DNA from: Rickettsiales bacterium
Lineage (GTDB): Bacteria > Pseudomonadota > Alphaproteobacteria > Rickettsiales > UBA8987
DNA: 64,000 bases
Reading direction: 5' to 3'
NCBI GenBank assembly: GCA_965222525.1
Contig: OZ244955.1
Location: 705,893-769,892 of the forward strand
This document shows, in pieces, positions 1 through 9,839 of this stretch; position 1 is the first letter of the stretch; each line of letters starts with the position of its first letter. Both the position numbers and the translations under genes were made by a program. The notes below the pieces were generated by a model. That model worked only from the letters and a program-made list of their open reading frames with translations. It had not been told where the DNA came from and did no database searches.

Positions 1-1268
1 ATAATACTTTATACTGCTCATTCTGCGGCAAAAGCCAGCATGAGGTGCGCAAGCTTATTGCAGGTCCGACGGTATTTATCTGCAATGAGTGTGTTGAGTT
101 ATGTCTGGATATCATCCGTGAGGAAAGCAAGTCACCGCTTGCTGTTGACGGCGAAGGCGGGATTCCCAAGCCACAAAGTATTTATGAGGTGCTTGACGAT
201 TATGTAATCGGCCAGCAGGAGGCGAAGCGGGTGCTTTCGGTGGCGGTGCATAACCATTACAAGCGGGTTGACCATATGGAAAAGGGCGGTGAACCGGAGC
301 TTGCCAAGTCCAACATAATGCTTATCGGCCCGACCGGATGCGGTAAAACTTTACTGGCGCAGACTTTGGCTCGGATTCTCGATGTGCCTTTCACCATGGC
401 CGATGCTACTACCCTGACCGAAGCCGGTTATGTCGGTGAGGATGTGGAGAATATTATCCTGCGCTTGTTGCAGGCTGCGGATTATAATGTGGAGCGCGCC
501 CAGCGCGGTATTGTCTATATTGACGAGGTTGATAAAATCTCGCGCAAATCCGAAAATCCCTCGATTACCCGTGATGTTTCCGGCGAAGGCGTACAACAGG
601 CCTTACTGAAAATAATGGAAGGAACGGTAGCGTCCGTACCGCCGCAGGGCGGCCGCAAGCACCCGCAGCAGGAATTCCTGCAGGTAGATACTTCCGGCAT
701 TCTGTTTATATGTGGTGGTGCGTTTGCCGGTCTGGAGAAGATTATCGGCGGTCGCAGGCAGGGCAGTTCTATGGGCTTCGGTGCATCGGTAAAAAGCAAG
801 GAAAATATCAAGGTTGGTGAGATGTTCCAGTATCTTGAGTCTGAGGATCTGGTGAAATTCGGTCTTATACCGGAGTTTGTCGGACGGGTACCGGTTGTTG
901 CCAAGCTGGAAGATCTCGATGAGGATGCGCTGATTAAAATCCTTACCGAGCCCAAGAATGCGCTGGTCAAGCAATATACCAAGCTGTTCGAGATGGAAAA
1001 TGTCGAGCTGCGCTTTACTGATGGTGCGCTCAAGGCGATTTCGCAGAAGGCAATTAAACGTAAGACCGGAGCGCGGGGATTGCGGGCGATTCTGGAGGAA
1101 GCGCTGCTTGATTTGATGTATGACATCCCAAGTATGCCTGATGTAACCGGCGTTACAATTACCGAGAAAGTCATTCGTGACGGCACCAAGCCGATGATTG
1201 CCTATGCGGATGAGGAGGAGAAGAAAAAACCTGCCGCCAAGAGCAAGAAGACTACCAAATCAACTTAA
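1..1268 (+). CDS. clpX: ATP-dependent Clp protease ATP-binding subunit ClpX (5' end cut by window edge; reading frame 3)
   Basis: The frame stays open upstream of the listed GTG at 45 and reads ..[13 protein letters not shown].. (zinc-ribbon CxxC..CxxC). Walker A is GPTGCGKT and Walker B is IVYIDEVDK. Confidence 0.97.
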   Translation, partial: NTLYCSFCGKSQHEVRKLIAGPTVFICNECVELCLDIIREESKSPLAVDGEGGIPKPQSIYEVLDDYVIGQQEAKRVLSVAVHNHYKRVDHMEKGGEPELAKSNIMLIGPTGCGKTLLAQTLARILDVPFTMADATTLTEAGYVGEDVENIILRLLQAADYNVERAQRGIVYIDEVDKISRKSENPSITRDVSGEGVQQALLKIMEGTVASVPPQGGRKHPQQEFLQVDTSGILFICGGAFAGLEKIIGGRRQGSSMGFGASVKSKENIKVGEMFQYLESEDLVKFGLIPEFVGRVPVVAKLEDLDEDALIKILTEPKNALVKQYTKLFEMENVELRFTDGALKAISQKAIKRKTGARGLRAILEEALLDLMYDIPSMPDVTGVTITEKVIRDGTKPMIAYADEEEKKKPAAKSKKTTKST

Positions 1269-1278
1269 GGAGGAAAAT

Positions 1279-1770
1279 ATGTCAGCATTAAGTGCAGTCG
1301 AGGGAAATTCGGTTGAACGGAATTTACAGGCAAAGGGTATAGAGTTGCCGGAAGTATCGGCTCCGGCTGCGGCTTACGTGCCTTATACCACCTCCGGCAA
1401 GGCGGTATTTATTTCAGGACAGTTGCCGTTCAAGGACGGTTCCATGTTTAAAACCGGCCATCTTGGCAAGGACGTCAGTCTGGAAGAAGGACAGGAAACG
1501 GCAGAAGTTTGCGCGGTTAATATACTGGCGCATCTGAAAAATGCCTGTGAGGGTGACTTGAACAAGGTTGCAAAGGTTTTAAAGCTGGAAATATTAGTGG
1601 CCGCCACAGCTGATTTTACTGACCCGCATCTGGTCGCAAATGGTGCATCGCAACTGATTCTGGATGCTTTCGGCAAGGAGAAAGGCAGTCATGCACGGGT
1701 GGCATATGGGGTCGCTACCCTGCCTATGGGAGCCGCCGTCGAAGTCGCCGCTACATTTGAACTAGCCTGA
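1279..1770 (+). CDS. RidA/YjgF-family (endoribonuclease L-PSP-like) protein
   Basis: ATG at 1279 is preceded by aaggagga. The listed start at 1198 overlaps the clpX tail. The AVFISGQLPF.. pattern is typical of the RidA family. Confidence 0.8.
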   Translation: MSALSAVEGNSVERNLQAKGIELPEVSAPAAAYVPYTTSGKAVFISGQLPFKDGSMFKTGHLGKDVSLEEGQETAEVCAVNILAHLKNACEGDLNKVAKVLKLEILVAATADFTDPHLVANGASQLILDAFGKEKGSHARVAYGVATLPMGAAVEVAATFELA

Positions 1771-1839
1771 CCTCCCTTGCCTGCGGAAAAAGTTATAGAG
1801 GTAAAAAGTATAATTGTCTGATTTAATCTGAAATATTTA

Positions 1840-2064
1840 CGTGTCTACCGCTCCCCCCTTGAGGGGGAGCAGATGAGACAAGGGCTGTAAGCCCGCAGTC
1901 GAATCGAGGGGGGTAAGGAAGAAAATAAGAACACAGGAAGTCAGGAATACAAGAAAGTTCCTACCTTCCTATATTCCTAAACTCCTCTCACCCCCCACCA
2001 ATCGCCTGCGTTCCTACGGAACTTGGCTCTTGTACTCCCCCTCAAGGGGGGAGTGATAGGCACG
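1840..2064. repeat. Family D palindromic element, copy D1 (conserved ~70-nt arms, variable stutter-hairpin centre)
   Basis: The arms are almost identical to copy D2 at 13471..13705. Each arm carries the hairpin gctcccccCTTGAgggggagc. It fills the spacer between the convergent ridA-like gene and dapF. Confidence 0.9.
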
Positions 2065-2886
2065 TTATGTTAACACCCCAGAAACCTCACCGGTCATAAT
2101 TACATCACCATTTTCCAGCCATTCGATTTGTAATTCACCGCCTTTCAGAATAACGGTAGCTTTTCTGCCATTTATCAACTTACGTCTGATAGCGGCAACC
2201 GTAGCGGCACAGGCTCCTGTACCGCAGGCAAGGGTTTCACCTGCTCCGCGCTCAAATACCCTTAACTTTATCACTGCATTTCCGCTTGCATCCGGCGGCA
2301 TAACCTGCGCAACACCAACATTAACCCGTTCGGGAAATAAGGGGTGATGTTCAATCTTAACTCCAGCCACCGATAAATCCACTGCATCCGTATCATCAAC
2401 AAAAAACACTGCATGCGGATTGCCCATACTCACCCCGACCGGATCGCGCAATCCCCCCTCCTCCACAGGAAGATGCAGCGTATCCATCTCCTGTGCCAGC
2501 GGGATTTCCTGCCAGTCCAGCCGTGCCTTGCCCATATTAACCGCAACCAGCCGTTCACCGGCAATCTCCGCCTGCAACACCCCCGCCAGAGTTTCGATAG
2601 TAATATTGTCCTTGTCCAACTCCTGCCCGACCAGCCAGCCAATACAGCGCGATGCATTACCGCATGCATCCACCTGCCCTCCATCGGCATTGAAAATCCG
2701 CATGAAGCAATCAGCCTTGTCGGAATTTTCGATAATAATAAGCTGGTCACACCCGCCGGTCTGCGGATTGTCTCGACTGGCAAGCTCAACCACCTGCTCC
2801 TCACTCAACTCCAGCCTGGACTTCCTGTTATCAATGATAACAAAATCATTCCCCAGCCCATCCATTTTTATAAATTTGTTTTGCAT
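2065..2886 (-). CDS. dapF: Diaminopimelate epimerase
   Basis: N-terminus is KMDGLGNDFVIID. The two catalytic-Cys motifs ACGNASRC and ACGTGACA are present. Confidence 0.93.
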   Translation of the reverse strand: MQNKFIKMDGLGNDFVIIDNRKSRLELSEEQVVELASRDNPQTGGCDQLIIIENSDKADCFMRIFNADGGQVDACGNASRCIGWLVGQELDKDNITIETLAGVLQAEIAGERLVAVNMGKARLDWQEIPLAQEMDTLHLPVEEGGLRDPVGVSMGNPHAVFFVDDTDAVDLSVAGVKIEHHPLFPERVNVGVAQVMPPDASGNAVIKLRVFERGAGETLACGTGACAATVAAIRRKLINGRKATVILKGGELQIEWLENGDVIMTGEVSGVLT

Positions 2887-2891
2887 TTTTT

Positions 2892-2988
2892 TGTCATCCT
2901 GCGGAAATTGTAGAGCAATTTAGCGCAGGATCTAGTAAGAATATATCTGGATTCTGCTCGTTTTGCTTACGCAAAACAGCAGAATGAC
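2892..2988. repeat. Family C double-hairpin element, copy C1
   Basis: Termini are tgtcatcctgcgg...gcagaatgac. It is the reverse complement of copy C2 at 12060..12156. It occupies nearly the whole 112-bp spacer. Confidence 0.9.
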
Positions 2989-2998
2989 GGATGACATT

Positions 2999-4759
2999 CT
3001 ACTCTCCGAATTGCTTGTCATATAATTCCTTATAAATTCCGCCCTGTTTCAGTAGCTCTTTATGGCTGCCGGATTCGGCGATTTTGCCCTTGTTTACTAC
3101 ATAAATCAAATCGGAATTGATAATTGTCGACAGGCGGTGGGCGATAACAATGGTTGTCCGCCCTTTCATCAGTTCATCCAGGGCTTGCTGTATCTGTTGC
3201 TCGGAGACGGTATCCAGCGACGAAGTCGCCTCATCCAGCAGCAGAATCGGTGCATTGCGCAGCATAGCCCGTGCAATCGCAATCCGCTGGCGCTGCCCGC
3301 CGGAAAGCCGCAACCCACGCTGCCCTATCGGCGTATCGTAACCTTCTGACAATTCACTGATAAACTCATCCGCCGCCGCCGCTTTTGCTGCTGCTATAAT
3401 CTCCTTCTCATCCGCATTCCGCTTGCCATAGGCTATATTTGCCCGAACGGTGTCATCAAATAAGGTAGCCTCCTGGGTGACAATCGCGATATTTTCCCGC
3501 AAGGAGGCCAGTTTCACATTCCGCATATCCTGCCCGTCTACAAAAACAGCACCGCTATCAGGATCGTAAAACCGTAATATCATATTGAAAATCGTAGATT
3601 TTCCCCCGCCGGAATGCCCAACCAAAGCCACCCGCCTACCGGCAGGAACCTTGAATGAAACCCCGTCCAGAGCCGATTTCCCGCTATCATCATAAGCAAA
3701 AACAACATCCTCAAACTCAATCCCGGCGTTTTCTATTTCAAGCGGTATGGCATCCGGATTATCGGCAATCTGCGGCTTCGTATCAAACACGCTGTAAACC
3801 CGCTTCACCGCCGCTATGGCTTCCTGCAGCGCGGCGTTAATCCCCGACAGGCTTTTCAGCGGGCGATAGGCCATCAAAAAGGCGGTCATAAAGGAAAAGA
3901 ACGCACCAGGAGTAGTCTCACCGGCAATCACCATATTACCGCCATACATTATAATCGCCGCGGCAATAATCCCCGCCAGAGTCTCCAGAATCGGCGATGA
4001 CAGGGCAAAAATCCGTGCGGTTTTGATAAATAGCGCAAAAATCCCCTCCATAACATCGCCCGCCCGCGATACCTCGTAACCCTCGCCGCCATATGCCTTG
4101 ACAATGCGTACCCCCTGAAACGTATCATCAAGCTGTGAGGTGAAATTCCCCAGTTCCTCCTGTTTCTGGCGCGAAACCTTGCGCATCCGCTTGCCCAGCC
4201 GGATTATCGGATATATCGCCACCGGAAATATAACAAAGGCAATCAGTGCCAGTTCAGCACTCTGGTAAAACATCACCCCGATAAGGAACAGCAGGGTCAG
4301 TGATTCGCGCGCCATCCCCATCAGTACATTGGTAAAATTGGTGCGGATAACATTGATATCATTGGAAAAGCGCGAAATCATATGGCCGGAGGATTCGCGC
4401 CCGAACTGCGCTATATCGGCATGCAGCAAATGCTCATACATGCGAAGCTGCATATCAGTCACCGCACGCTGGCCGATATAGGCCAGCAGCACATTATGTG
4501 CATATACGCTGACTCCCTTTATCAGTGCAATCGCCAGTACCGCTGCGCTGATAACTACCAGCAGGTCAGAGTTCTTCCGGACGAAAATTTCATCCATAAC
4601 CGGCTGCATAATCCAGGCATTAGCGGCGGTCATAGCTGCAACTACAACCATGCACAGCACAGCCACCACCAGCTTGCTATTATTCCGGCGGACAAACTCC
4701 CGATACACCCGCTTCAGCAGGTGCATAGCAGATGATTGTTTTGTTTGTCTGGTTGTCAT
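2999..4759 (-). CDS. ABC transporter, fused permease/ATPase (MsbA-like exporter)
   Basis: The N-terminal half has six TM segments. Walker A is GHSGGGKST, the signature is LSGGQRQR and Walker B is ILLLDEATS. Confidence 0.88.
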   Translation of the reverse strand: MTTRQTKQSSAMHLLKRVYREFVRRNNSKLVVAVLCMVVVAAMTAANAWIMQPVMDEIFVRKNSDLLVVISAAVLAIALIKGVSVYAHNVLLAYIGQRAVTDMQLRMYEHLLHADIAQFGRESSGHMISRFSNDINVIRTNFTNVLMGMARESLTLLFLIGVMFYQSAELALIAFVIFPVAIYPIIRLGKRMRKVSRQKQEELGNFTSQLDDTFQGVRIVKAYGGEGYEVSRAGDVMEGIFALFIKTARIFALSSPILETLAGIIAAAIIMYGGNMVIAGETTPGAFFSFMTAFLMAYRPLKSLSGINAALQEAIAAVKRVYSVFDTKPQIADNPDAIPLEIENAGIEFEDVVFAYDDSGKSALDGVSFKVPAGRRVALVGHSGGGKSTIFNMILRFYDPDSGAVFVDGQDMRNVKLASLRENIAIVTQEATLFDDTVRANIAYGKRNADEKEIIAAAKAAAADEFISELSEGYDTPIGQRGLRLSGGQRQRIAIARAMLRNAPILLLDEATSSLDTVSEQQIQQALDELMKGRTTIVIAHRLSTIINSDLIYVVNKGKIAESGSHKELLKQGGIYKELYDKQFGE

Positions 4760-4768
4760 CTGGTTTTA

Positions 4769-4931
4769 CTGTCACCCCGGACACATATTTTCTCGAAATC
4801 TACTGATTTCGTAAGAAAATATAGTGCTCTCGGGGTTATTACATCATCACGTATTTTTGCCTGTAACCCCGAGAATGGTGTTTTCTAGCCAAATTAGAAA
4901 TTTGGAGAAAACATACCATCCGGGGTGACAG
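4769..4931. repeat. Family B MITE-like element, copy B1
   Basis: Terminal inverted repeat is ctgtcaccccgga...tccggggtgacag. It is the reverse complement of copy B2 at 36957..37114. It fills the 174-bp spacer. Confidence 0.9.
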
Positions 4932-4933
4932 TA

Positions 4934-6073
4934 TTATGATGGATTTTTGTCTGCCTTATTGCGTCCCTTAACCAGCCCGCGCAGATATTTATGTGCCGGC
5001 TGCTCTATTAAATAATATGCTATGGTCGAAACCAGTATAAGCCCTGCGGATATTAACAGGAAATGCAGGAAAATTGCAAATCCGGCGGGAGCAAGCTCTG
5101 CGTAATAACCGCCAAAATAATGTTTCATCAGCAGAAGGTAAGGATAATGCAGCATATAGGAAGAATAGGAAACCCTGCCCAGATGCATACTCACCCGGTT
5201 GGTAAATATCGCATTGATATAGCTTTTCGACAGGGCCAGCGAGATAATCAGCAGCGGGATAAATATATTCAGTAACTCGTAAGACTTGAATATCCCGACC
5301 AGATACATAATTGAAAGCAGTAATCCGGCAAGATTAAGTGTAAAAATATTATCCCAGTTTATCTGTTTGTCCTTCACCATCATGAAAATCTTGCAGGTGA
5401 TACAGCCGGAAACAAAATCGGTCATAACCCGTATAATAGCGCCCACACCGTCGGAACTGCTCCAGCCGCCGACATATTTCGACCCCAGATCCTGTACAAC
5501 CGGAGCAAGAATCAGCAAAACCACCATCAGCCATATATTCTTCAGCCGATACATCAGTTTGGAAAAAAACGGAAATAACAGATAGGCAAAAGCCAGAGCG
5601 CTAATCGACCATGCCGGCTCATTCCATGATGGAACCGGCAGAAATCCCCATGACATAATCAGCGCCAGGTTCATAAACAGCATAATCAGCCAGTGATCGC
5701 CGAACAGCATATCCTGATGCCCCATAACCGTGGGATGCGGAATGTCGCTGTTATGGATTATCCACATAACCAGCAGGGTGAATATATGCATCGGGTATAT
5801 GCGGGCAAGGCGGGCGAGATAAAATTTATCCCCGTCCTTTTTGGTGGCCTTGTCACTGCCAAAAAATTCACCGTAAAGATAGTAGAGCAGGAATCCGCTC
5901 AGTACGAAAAATATATCAACCCCGATAACATCAAAGCGGATCAGCAGGAAAGGACGGGTAATCTCCGGCGTATAGCCGATAACATTATACGCATCCATAA
6001 AGAAGAAATGGGCGGTAAACACCCATAACGCAATAAACCCCCGCAGCCCTGTTAATGTTTGCAGCATAACCAT
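4934..6073 (-). CDS. Acyltransferase family 3 (OafA-like) integral membrane protein
   Basis: Polytopic membrane protein whose N-terminus LRGFIALWVF..H is typical of acyltransferase_3. Confidence 0.8.
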   Translation of the reverse strand: MVMLQTLTGLRGFIALWVFTAHFFFMDAYNVIGYTPEITRPFLLIRFDVIGVDIFFVLSGFLLYYLYGEFFGSDKATKKDGDKFYLARLARIYPMHIFTLLVMWIIHNSDIPHPTVMGHQDMLFGDHWLIMLFMNLALIMSWGFLPVPSWNEPAWSISALAFAYLLFPFFSKLMYRLKNIWLMVVLLILAPVVQDLGSKYVGGWSSSDGVGAIIRVMTDFVSGCITCKIFMMVKDKQINWDNIFTLNLAGLLLSIMYLVGIFKSYELLNIFIPLLIISLALSKSYINAIFTNRVSMHLGRVSYSSYMLHYPYLLLMKHYFGGYYAELAPAGFAIFLHFLLISAGLILVSTIAYYLIEQPAHKYLRGLVKGRNKADKNPS

Positions 6074-6115
6074 CCTATCTGAAGCTGTCTATCTACCCTA
6101 ACCTTGTGAAAGATT

Positions 6116-7447
6116 CTATAGCTTATAAGGATTATCACCTTTCCTTAAGAGTAATCTTATTGGAACTCCATTTAAAGAAAACTCACTGCGCAGGGAGTTG
6201 GTGAGATAGCGCAGATAGCTCTCCGGCAGACCCCTGATTTTGCTGGTAGTGAATATGGCAAATGTCGGCGGACGGGATTTTATCTGGGTTATATAGCGTA
6301 ATTTAACAGCCCTGCCATTTACCATAGGTGGCGGATGCTCACCAATCGCCCGCTCCAGCCAGCGGTTCAGCTTGCCTGTACTAATCCGGCTGTCCCAAAG
6401 TGTAAATATATCAAGTGCGGTTTTTATAACCTTGTTTACGCTGCGTCCGTGCAATGCGGATAATGTAACAATCGGCACTCCCCGTGCCTGATATAGCGAA
6501 TGTTCGATTTTATGTTCGATCTCCCTGAGAACTGCCTTTTTATCCTCAACCAGGTCCCATTTATTAACCGCAATAACCATTCCGCGTCCCTCGGAGATTA
6601 TATAATCGGCCAGGGTTAAATCCTGCCTGTCGAGCGCCTGGGTAGCGTCTAGCAACAGCACAACTATATTGGCATATTGCACCGCTTTCATACTGTCCTT
6701 TACCGATAAATCCTCAAGCCTGTGCCCTCGCCTTTTTGCCTGTTTGCGGATACCGGCAGTATCAACCAGCTTTATATTCTGCCCGTTAAATTGGTATTCA
6801 ACATATACCGAATCACGGGTAATGCCTGCCATATCACCGGTTATAGAGCGCTCATCACCAAGTAACTGATTGAACAGGGTGGATTTGCCAACATTGGGAC
6901 GGCCAATAATCGCTATTTGCAATTGCTCTTGCTTCTTATCATCTTCCGGCCCCTTGCCAGTAATATAGGGAGCGATTATATCATATATACTGCCTATACC
7001 TATTCCGTGTTCGGCCGAAATAGCTATCGGCTCTCCCAGTCCAAGCGCATAACTCTCTACAATCCCCGGAGACTTGCTATCATTCTCACATTTATTGACC
7101 AGCATAATAACCGGCTTGTTCTTTCGGCGAATCCACCCGGCGAAATATTCATCCAGCGAAGTAACCCCCGCCCGCCCGTCTATTACCATAAACAGTAAAT
7201 CGGCATCATCGGCGGCCTTCTCCGTCTGCTGCATCATAAGGGATTCCAGGGACTCGTTCTCGGCTTTCTCCAGACCGGCAGTGTCAATTACCCGGAACCT
7301 TAAATCACTCAGCTCTGCTATAGCTTCCCGACGGTCGCGGGTAAGGCCGGGGGTATTGTCAACCAGCGCTTCCTTCCTGCCGACTAGCCGGTTGAATAAA
7401 GTGGACTTCCCCACATTTGGCCGCCCTATTATCGCAACAATGAACAT
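6116..7447 (-). CDS. der: Ribosome-associated GTPase Der (EngA)
   Basis: Two tandem G domains, each with GRPNVGKSTLFN, followed by a KH-like C-terminus. Confidence 0.95.
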   Translation of the reverse strand: MFIVAIIGRPNVGKSTLFNRLVGRKEALVDNTPGLTRDRREAIAELSDLRFRVIDTAGLEKAENESLESLMMQQTEKAADDADLLFMVIDGRAGVTSLDEYFAGWIRRKNKPVIMLVNKCENDSKSPGIVESYALGLGEPIAISAEHGIGIGSIYDIIAPYITGKGPEDDKKQEQLQIAIIGRPNVGKSTLFNQLLGDERSITGDMAGITRDSVYVEYQFNGQNIKLVDTAGIRKQAKRRGHRLEDLSVKDSMKAVQYANIVVLLLDATQALDRQDLTLADYIISEGRGMVIAVNKWDLVEDKKAVLREIEHKIEHSLYQARGVPIVTLSALHGRSVNKVIKTALDIFTLWDSRISTGKLNRWLERAIGEHPPPMVNGRAVKLRYITQIKSRPPTFAIFTTSKIRGLPESYLRYLTNSLRSEFSLNGVPIRLLLRKGDNPYKL

Positions 7448-7498
7448 AATGCCGGTAATTTACAACATGATGTGGAGGATTTACAGTCTTAACAGTAT

Positions 7499-7921
7499 CT
7501 AGACAGCCTTTTCCATGAAAGTAATCAGACGGTAGTCAAAAACACTCCTGAGAGCATTATATATAGTGTCAATCTTTGTACTCTGATCCAGATCCAGCAT
7601 CCTGCGGACGGACTTCTCATCAATATTAAGCCGATTTGCAAGCTGTACGTTACTATACCCCTTATCTCGCATAACTATATATAGAGCAACTTTTGCAGCC
7701 TCCAGCGGACGCAGATGTACAAGACTTTTCCCTACAGACGGAAGGGGAATATCCCTCTTGTCTTCAATATACCCGCCGAGGGCTGCCATCAACGCATCCC
7801 TGGCCAGTACCACAGCTTCAGACCTTGAATCCGCACCCGTTATAGCCTCAGGCACATCGGGAAAAGTCACAATATATTCATTGCCTGATTTTTTTATATT
7901 AAATGGATATGAGAGTTTCAT
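7499..7921 (-). CDS. hicB: HicB-family antitoxin with C-terminal HTH
   Basis: The N-terminus ..YIVTFPDVPEAITGADSRSEA.. is the HicB fold signature. The C-terminus YSNVQLANRLNIDEKSVRRML is an HTH. Confidence 0.85.
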   Translation of the reverse strand: MKLSYPFNIKKSGNEYIVTFPDVPEAITGADSRSEAVVLARDALMAALGGYIEDKRDIPLPSVGKSLVHLRPLEAAKVALYIVMRDKGYSNVQLANRLNIDEKSVRRMLDLDQSTKIDTIYNALRSVFDYRLITFMEKAV

Positions 7922-7922
7922 A

Positions 7923-8153
7923 TTATTTCTCCAGTAAATCTTTTTTTGTTATGTCAAGCTGTTTACACATAGCGTTTAATAATCCGGTGCCGATTTCACC
8001 TTTCTTGACGGTCGTGAATTTATCGCCGTAATAAACACGGGAGTGCGAGCCTTTGCTCTGCCTGGTTTCCTGATATTCAATCCCGGTTTGCTTTGCTAGC
8101 TTCTTGACTCGCTTCCTGAATTTTTTTTTCGTCCATTTGAAATTGCTTCCCAT
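7923..8153 (-). CDS. hicA: HicA-family mRNA interferase toxin
   Basis: 76 aa starting from the ATG at 8153, basic, with a KGSHSRVYYG motif. The stop lies 1 nt before the hicB start. Confidence 0.75.
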   Translation of the reverse strand: MGSNFKWTKKKFRKRVKKLAKQTGIEYQETRQSKGSHSRVYYGDKFTTVKKGEIGTGLLNAMCKQLDITKKDLLEK

Positions 8154-8187
8154 TGTCGGACAAAAATGTCCGAATGTCAAGTGCAAT

Positions 8188-9054
8188 TTAAGGGCAGGAT
8201 TTTGGCATTGCATTGATGGAATCAAGAGCCCTTGTGCCAATGAAGGGAATGAATTTACGGGATTTCGCCTTTTTGATGAAGTTACATTTCTTCTTATGTT
8301 CGGTCGGATAATCGGTGGCCAGGATGAATCTGCCGGTAGCCCTGATCATATCGAGATGCTTAAGCTCCCATTCCCTGTCCTCGAGCTTTTTCTCCTCATC
8401 GCCGTTAGACCAGGTATCCTCTTTGCCCAGCCCATCTATCGCCGCCATATATCTGCTGCTGGTGGCCAGTTCGGGAGAATTCTGCGGGATTACCAGAAAG
8501 GCGGGGTTCTTCGCCTTCGCCCGTTTCGATATGGCAATGACAAAATCCTGCATTTCCCTTCGGGCTGACTTTCTCCCCTTGCGCTCAAAATAATAATAGG
8601 CATCTATTATATCCAGATAAATACCGTCATATCCGGCTTCCACTACCTTATCTAGCTTATTAAAGACAATATTCTGCCATTCAAGGTCCCAGAACTTTAC
8701 CTTATAATTAGCCTCCCAGTCAGGATTTTGCTTTTCAACAAAGCCAGGCAGTTTATCCCCCCAATCCTTCCAGTAATCACGGTAGCTTTCCGCCTCACCG
8801 ATGCTGAGGTAACTTACAACCAGCTTGCCCTGCTCCTGCAATTTGCGGATATCCTCCAGCGTGCAGTCGCAAAACTCCCAGTCTATTATCGCCAGATCAA
8901 ATTCTGTAGCAAACAACTGCTCTATATTGACCTTCTGCAACTGGTATATGAATGATTTAATATTCGGTCTGGAAGACTTTGCCTCACCGTCAACAGTAAT
9001 GCCCATACAAGCTATCATGGTCAGGAATATACAAAGAGAAAGAACAGATTTCAT
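8188..9054 (-). CDS. Secreted GH114-like / MJ1477-TM1410-family putative glycoside hydrolase
   Basis: Signal peptide present. The pattern YLSIGEAESYRDYW..FWDLEWQ..AGYDGIYLDIIDAYYY matches that family. Confidence 0.72.
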   Translation of the reverse strand: MKSVLSLCIFLTMIACMGITVDGEAKSSRPNIKSFIYQLQKVNIEQLFATEFDLAIIDWEFCDCTLEDIRKLQEQGKLVVSYLSIGEAESYRDYWKDWGDKLPGFVEKQNPDWEANYKVKFWDLEWQNIVFNKLDKVVEAGYDGIYLDIIDAYYYFERKGRKSARREMQDFVIAISKRAKAKNPAFLVIPQNSPELATSSRYMAAIDGLGKEDTWSNGDEEKKLEDREWELKHLDMIRATGRFILATDYPTEHKKKCNFIKKAKSRKFIPFIGTRALDSINAMPKSCP

Positions 9055-9142
9055 ATGTTTTACAGGTAGTTATAGTAAATGCCGACATGACCTCGTCGCC
9101 TGATACAGCACCGAACATTGACAACAGAACACTGAACATCTT

Positions 9143-9712
9143 CTATTCATCCATATCGGGGCGGCTTCTTCTGCGTCCATGGAATTCCTCACGCTTTTCC
9201 ATACGACCCTCCATACGCTCCTTGTGAAGCCCCCTGCGTTCCACCAGCTTGTTTTTACGGACATTGCCGGAATCACCATCCATATAACTATAATTGTCAT
9301 GTTCGCCTTGAGAAGAATGCTTGTTACGATGGCTGTCCATGATTTTTTTCATCTCGGCCTTGTGCCGCATTTTCAGTTCTTTTAACTCTCCATGGAACCG
9401 TTTCTTCAGTGCCTGCAACTCCTCACGGTGCTTGGCCTTCATGTTACTAATAGCGGATTTTGCTGTATCGCGTTTTTCTTTATGCTCATCACGTAACTCA
9501 TCACGGCGATTATGATATTCGTTACGCATATCTTCTTTTATCTCTCTTCTATCTCCCCTCATATCCTCACGATATTCATTGCGAGCCTTATGCTGCATTT
9601 TATGCTTCATATGTCCCGCCTTGTGTTGATTTGCAGCATCCTCTGCATGGGAAATAACAGGGGACGATATCAGCACGCCGACTGCCAGTAGTAATATTAG
9701 GGGATTTTTCAT
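9143..9712 (-). CDS. Secreted, highly charged His/Lys/Arg/Glu-rich low-complexity protein
   Basis: Signal peptide MKNPLILLLAVGVLISSPVISHA, then repetitive HK/RE-rich sequence. No family recognised. Confidence 0.6.
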   Translation of the reverse strand: MKNPLILLLAVGVLISSPVISHAEDAANQHKAGHMKHKMQHKARNEYREDMRGDRREIKEDMRNEYHNRRDELRDEHKEKRDTAKSAISNMKAKHREELQALKKRFHGELKELKMRHKAEMKKIMDSHRNKHSSQGEHDNYSYMDGDSGNVRKNKLVERRGLHKERMEGRMEKREEFHGRRRSRPDMDE

Positions 9713-9839
9713 ATTATGCTCCTTTGGATTACAAGTTTTGGACAGGAAATTCTTGCATTATTCTTATAGATTGAATAAGGACTCTCTTGGAACATTATAG
9801 CATATAGCGGTTAATGAACAGTAAATAGGGCAGTTTTTT

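Noticed and set aside
515-1189. 224-aa ORF antisense to clpX, plus the other antisense ORFs at 351..596 and 603..974.
   Set aside because: It lies fully inside a very well supported clpX reading frame. Its composition is Ser/Arg/Cys-rich, typical of antisense translation. No independent evidence supports it.
1198-1278. Listed upstream starts for the RidA-like gene (1198), the nucleotidyltransferase (45376), lepB (51355), the pilin (16714), the small membrane ORF (37645) and the 215-aa ORF (55749).
   Set aside because: Each extension overlaps the preceding gene or a repeat and lacks an RBS. Internal ATGs with Shine-Dalgarno-like sequences and family-typical N-termini fit better.
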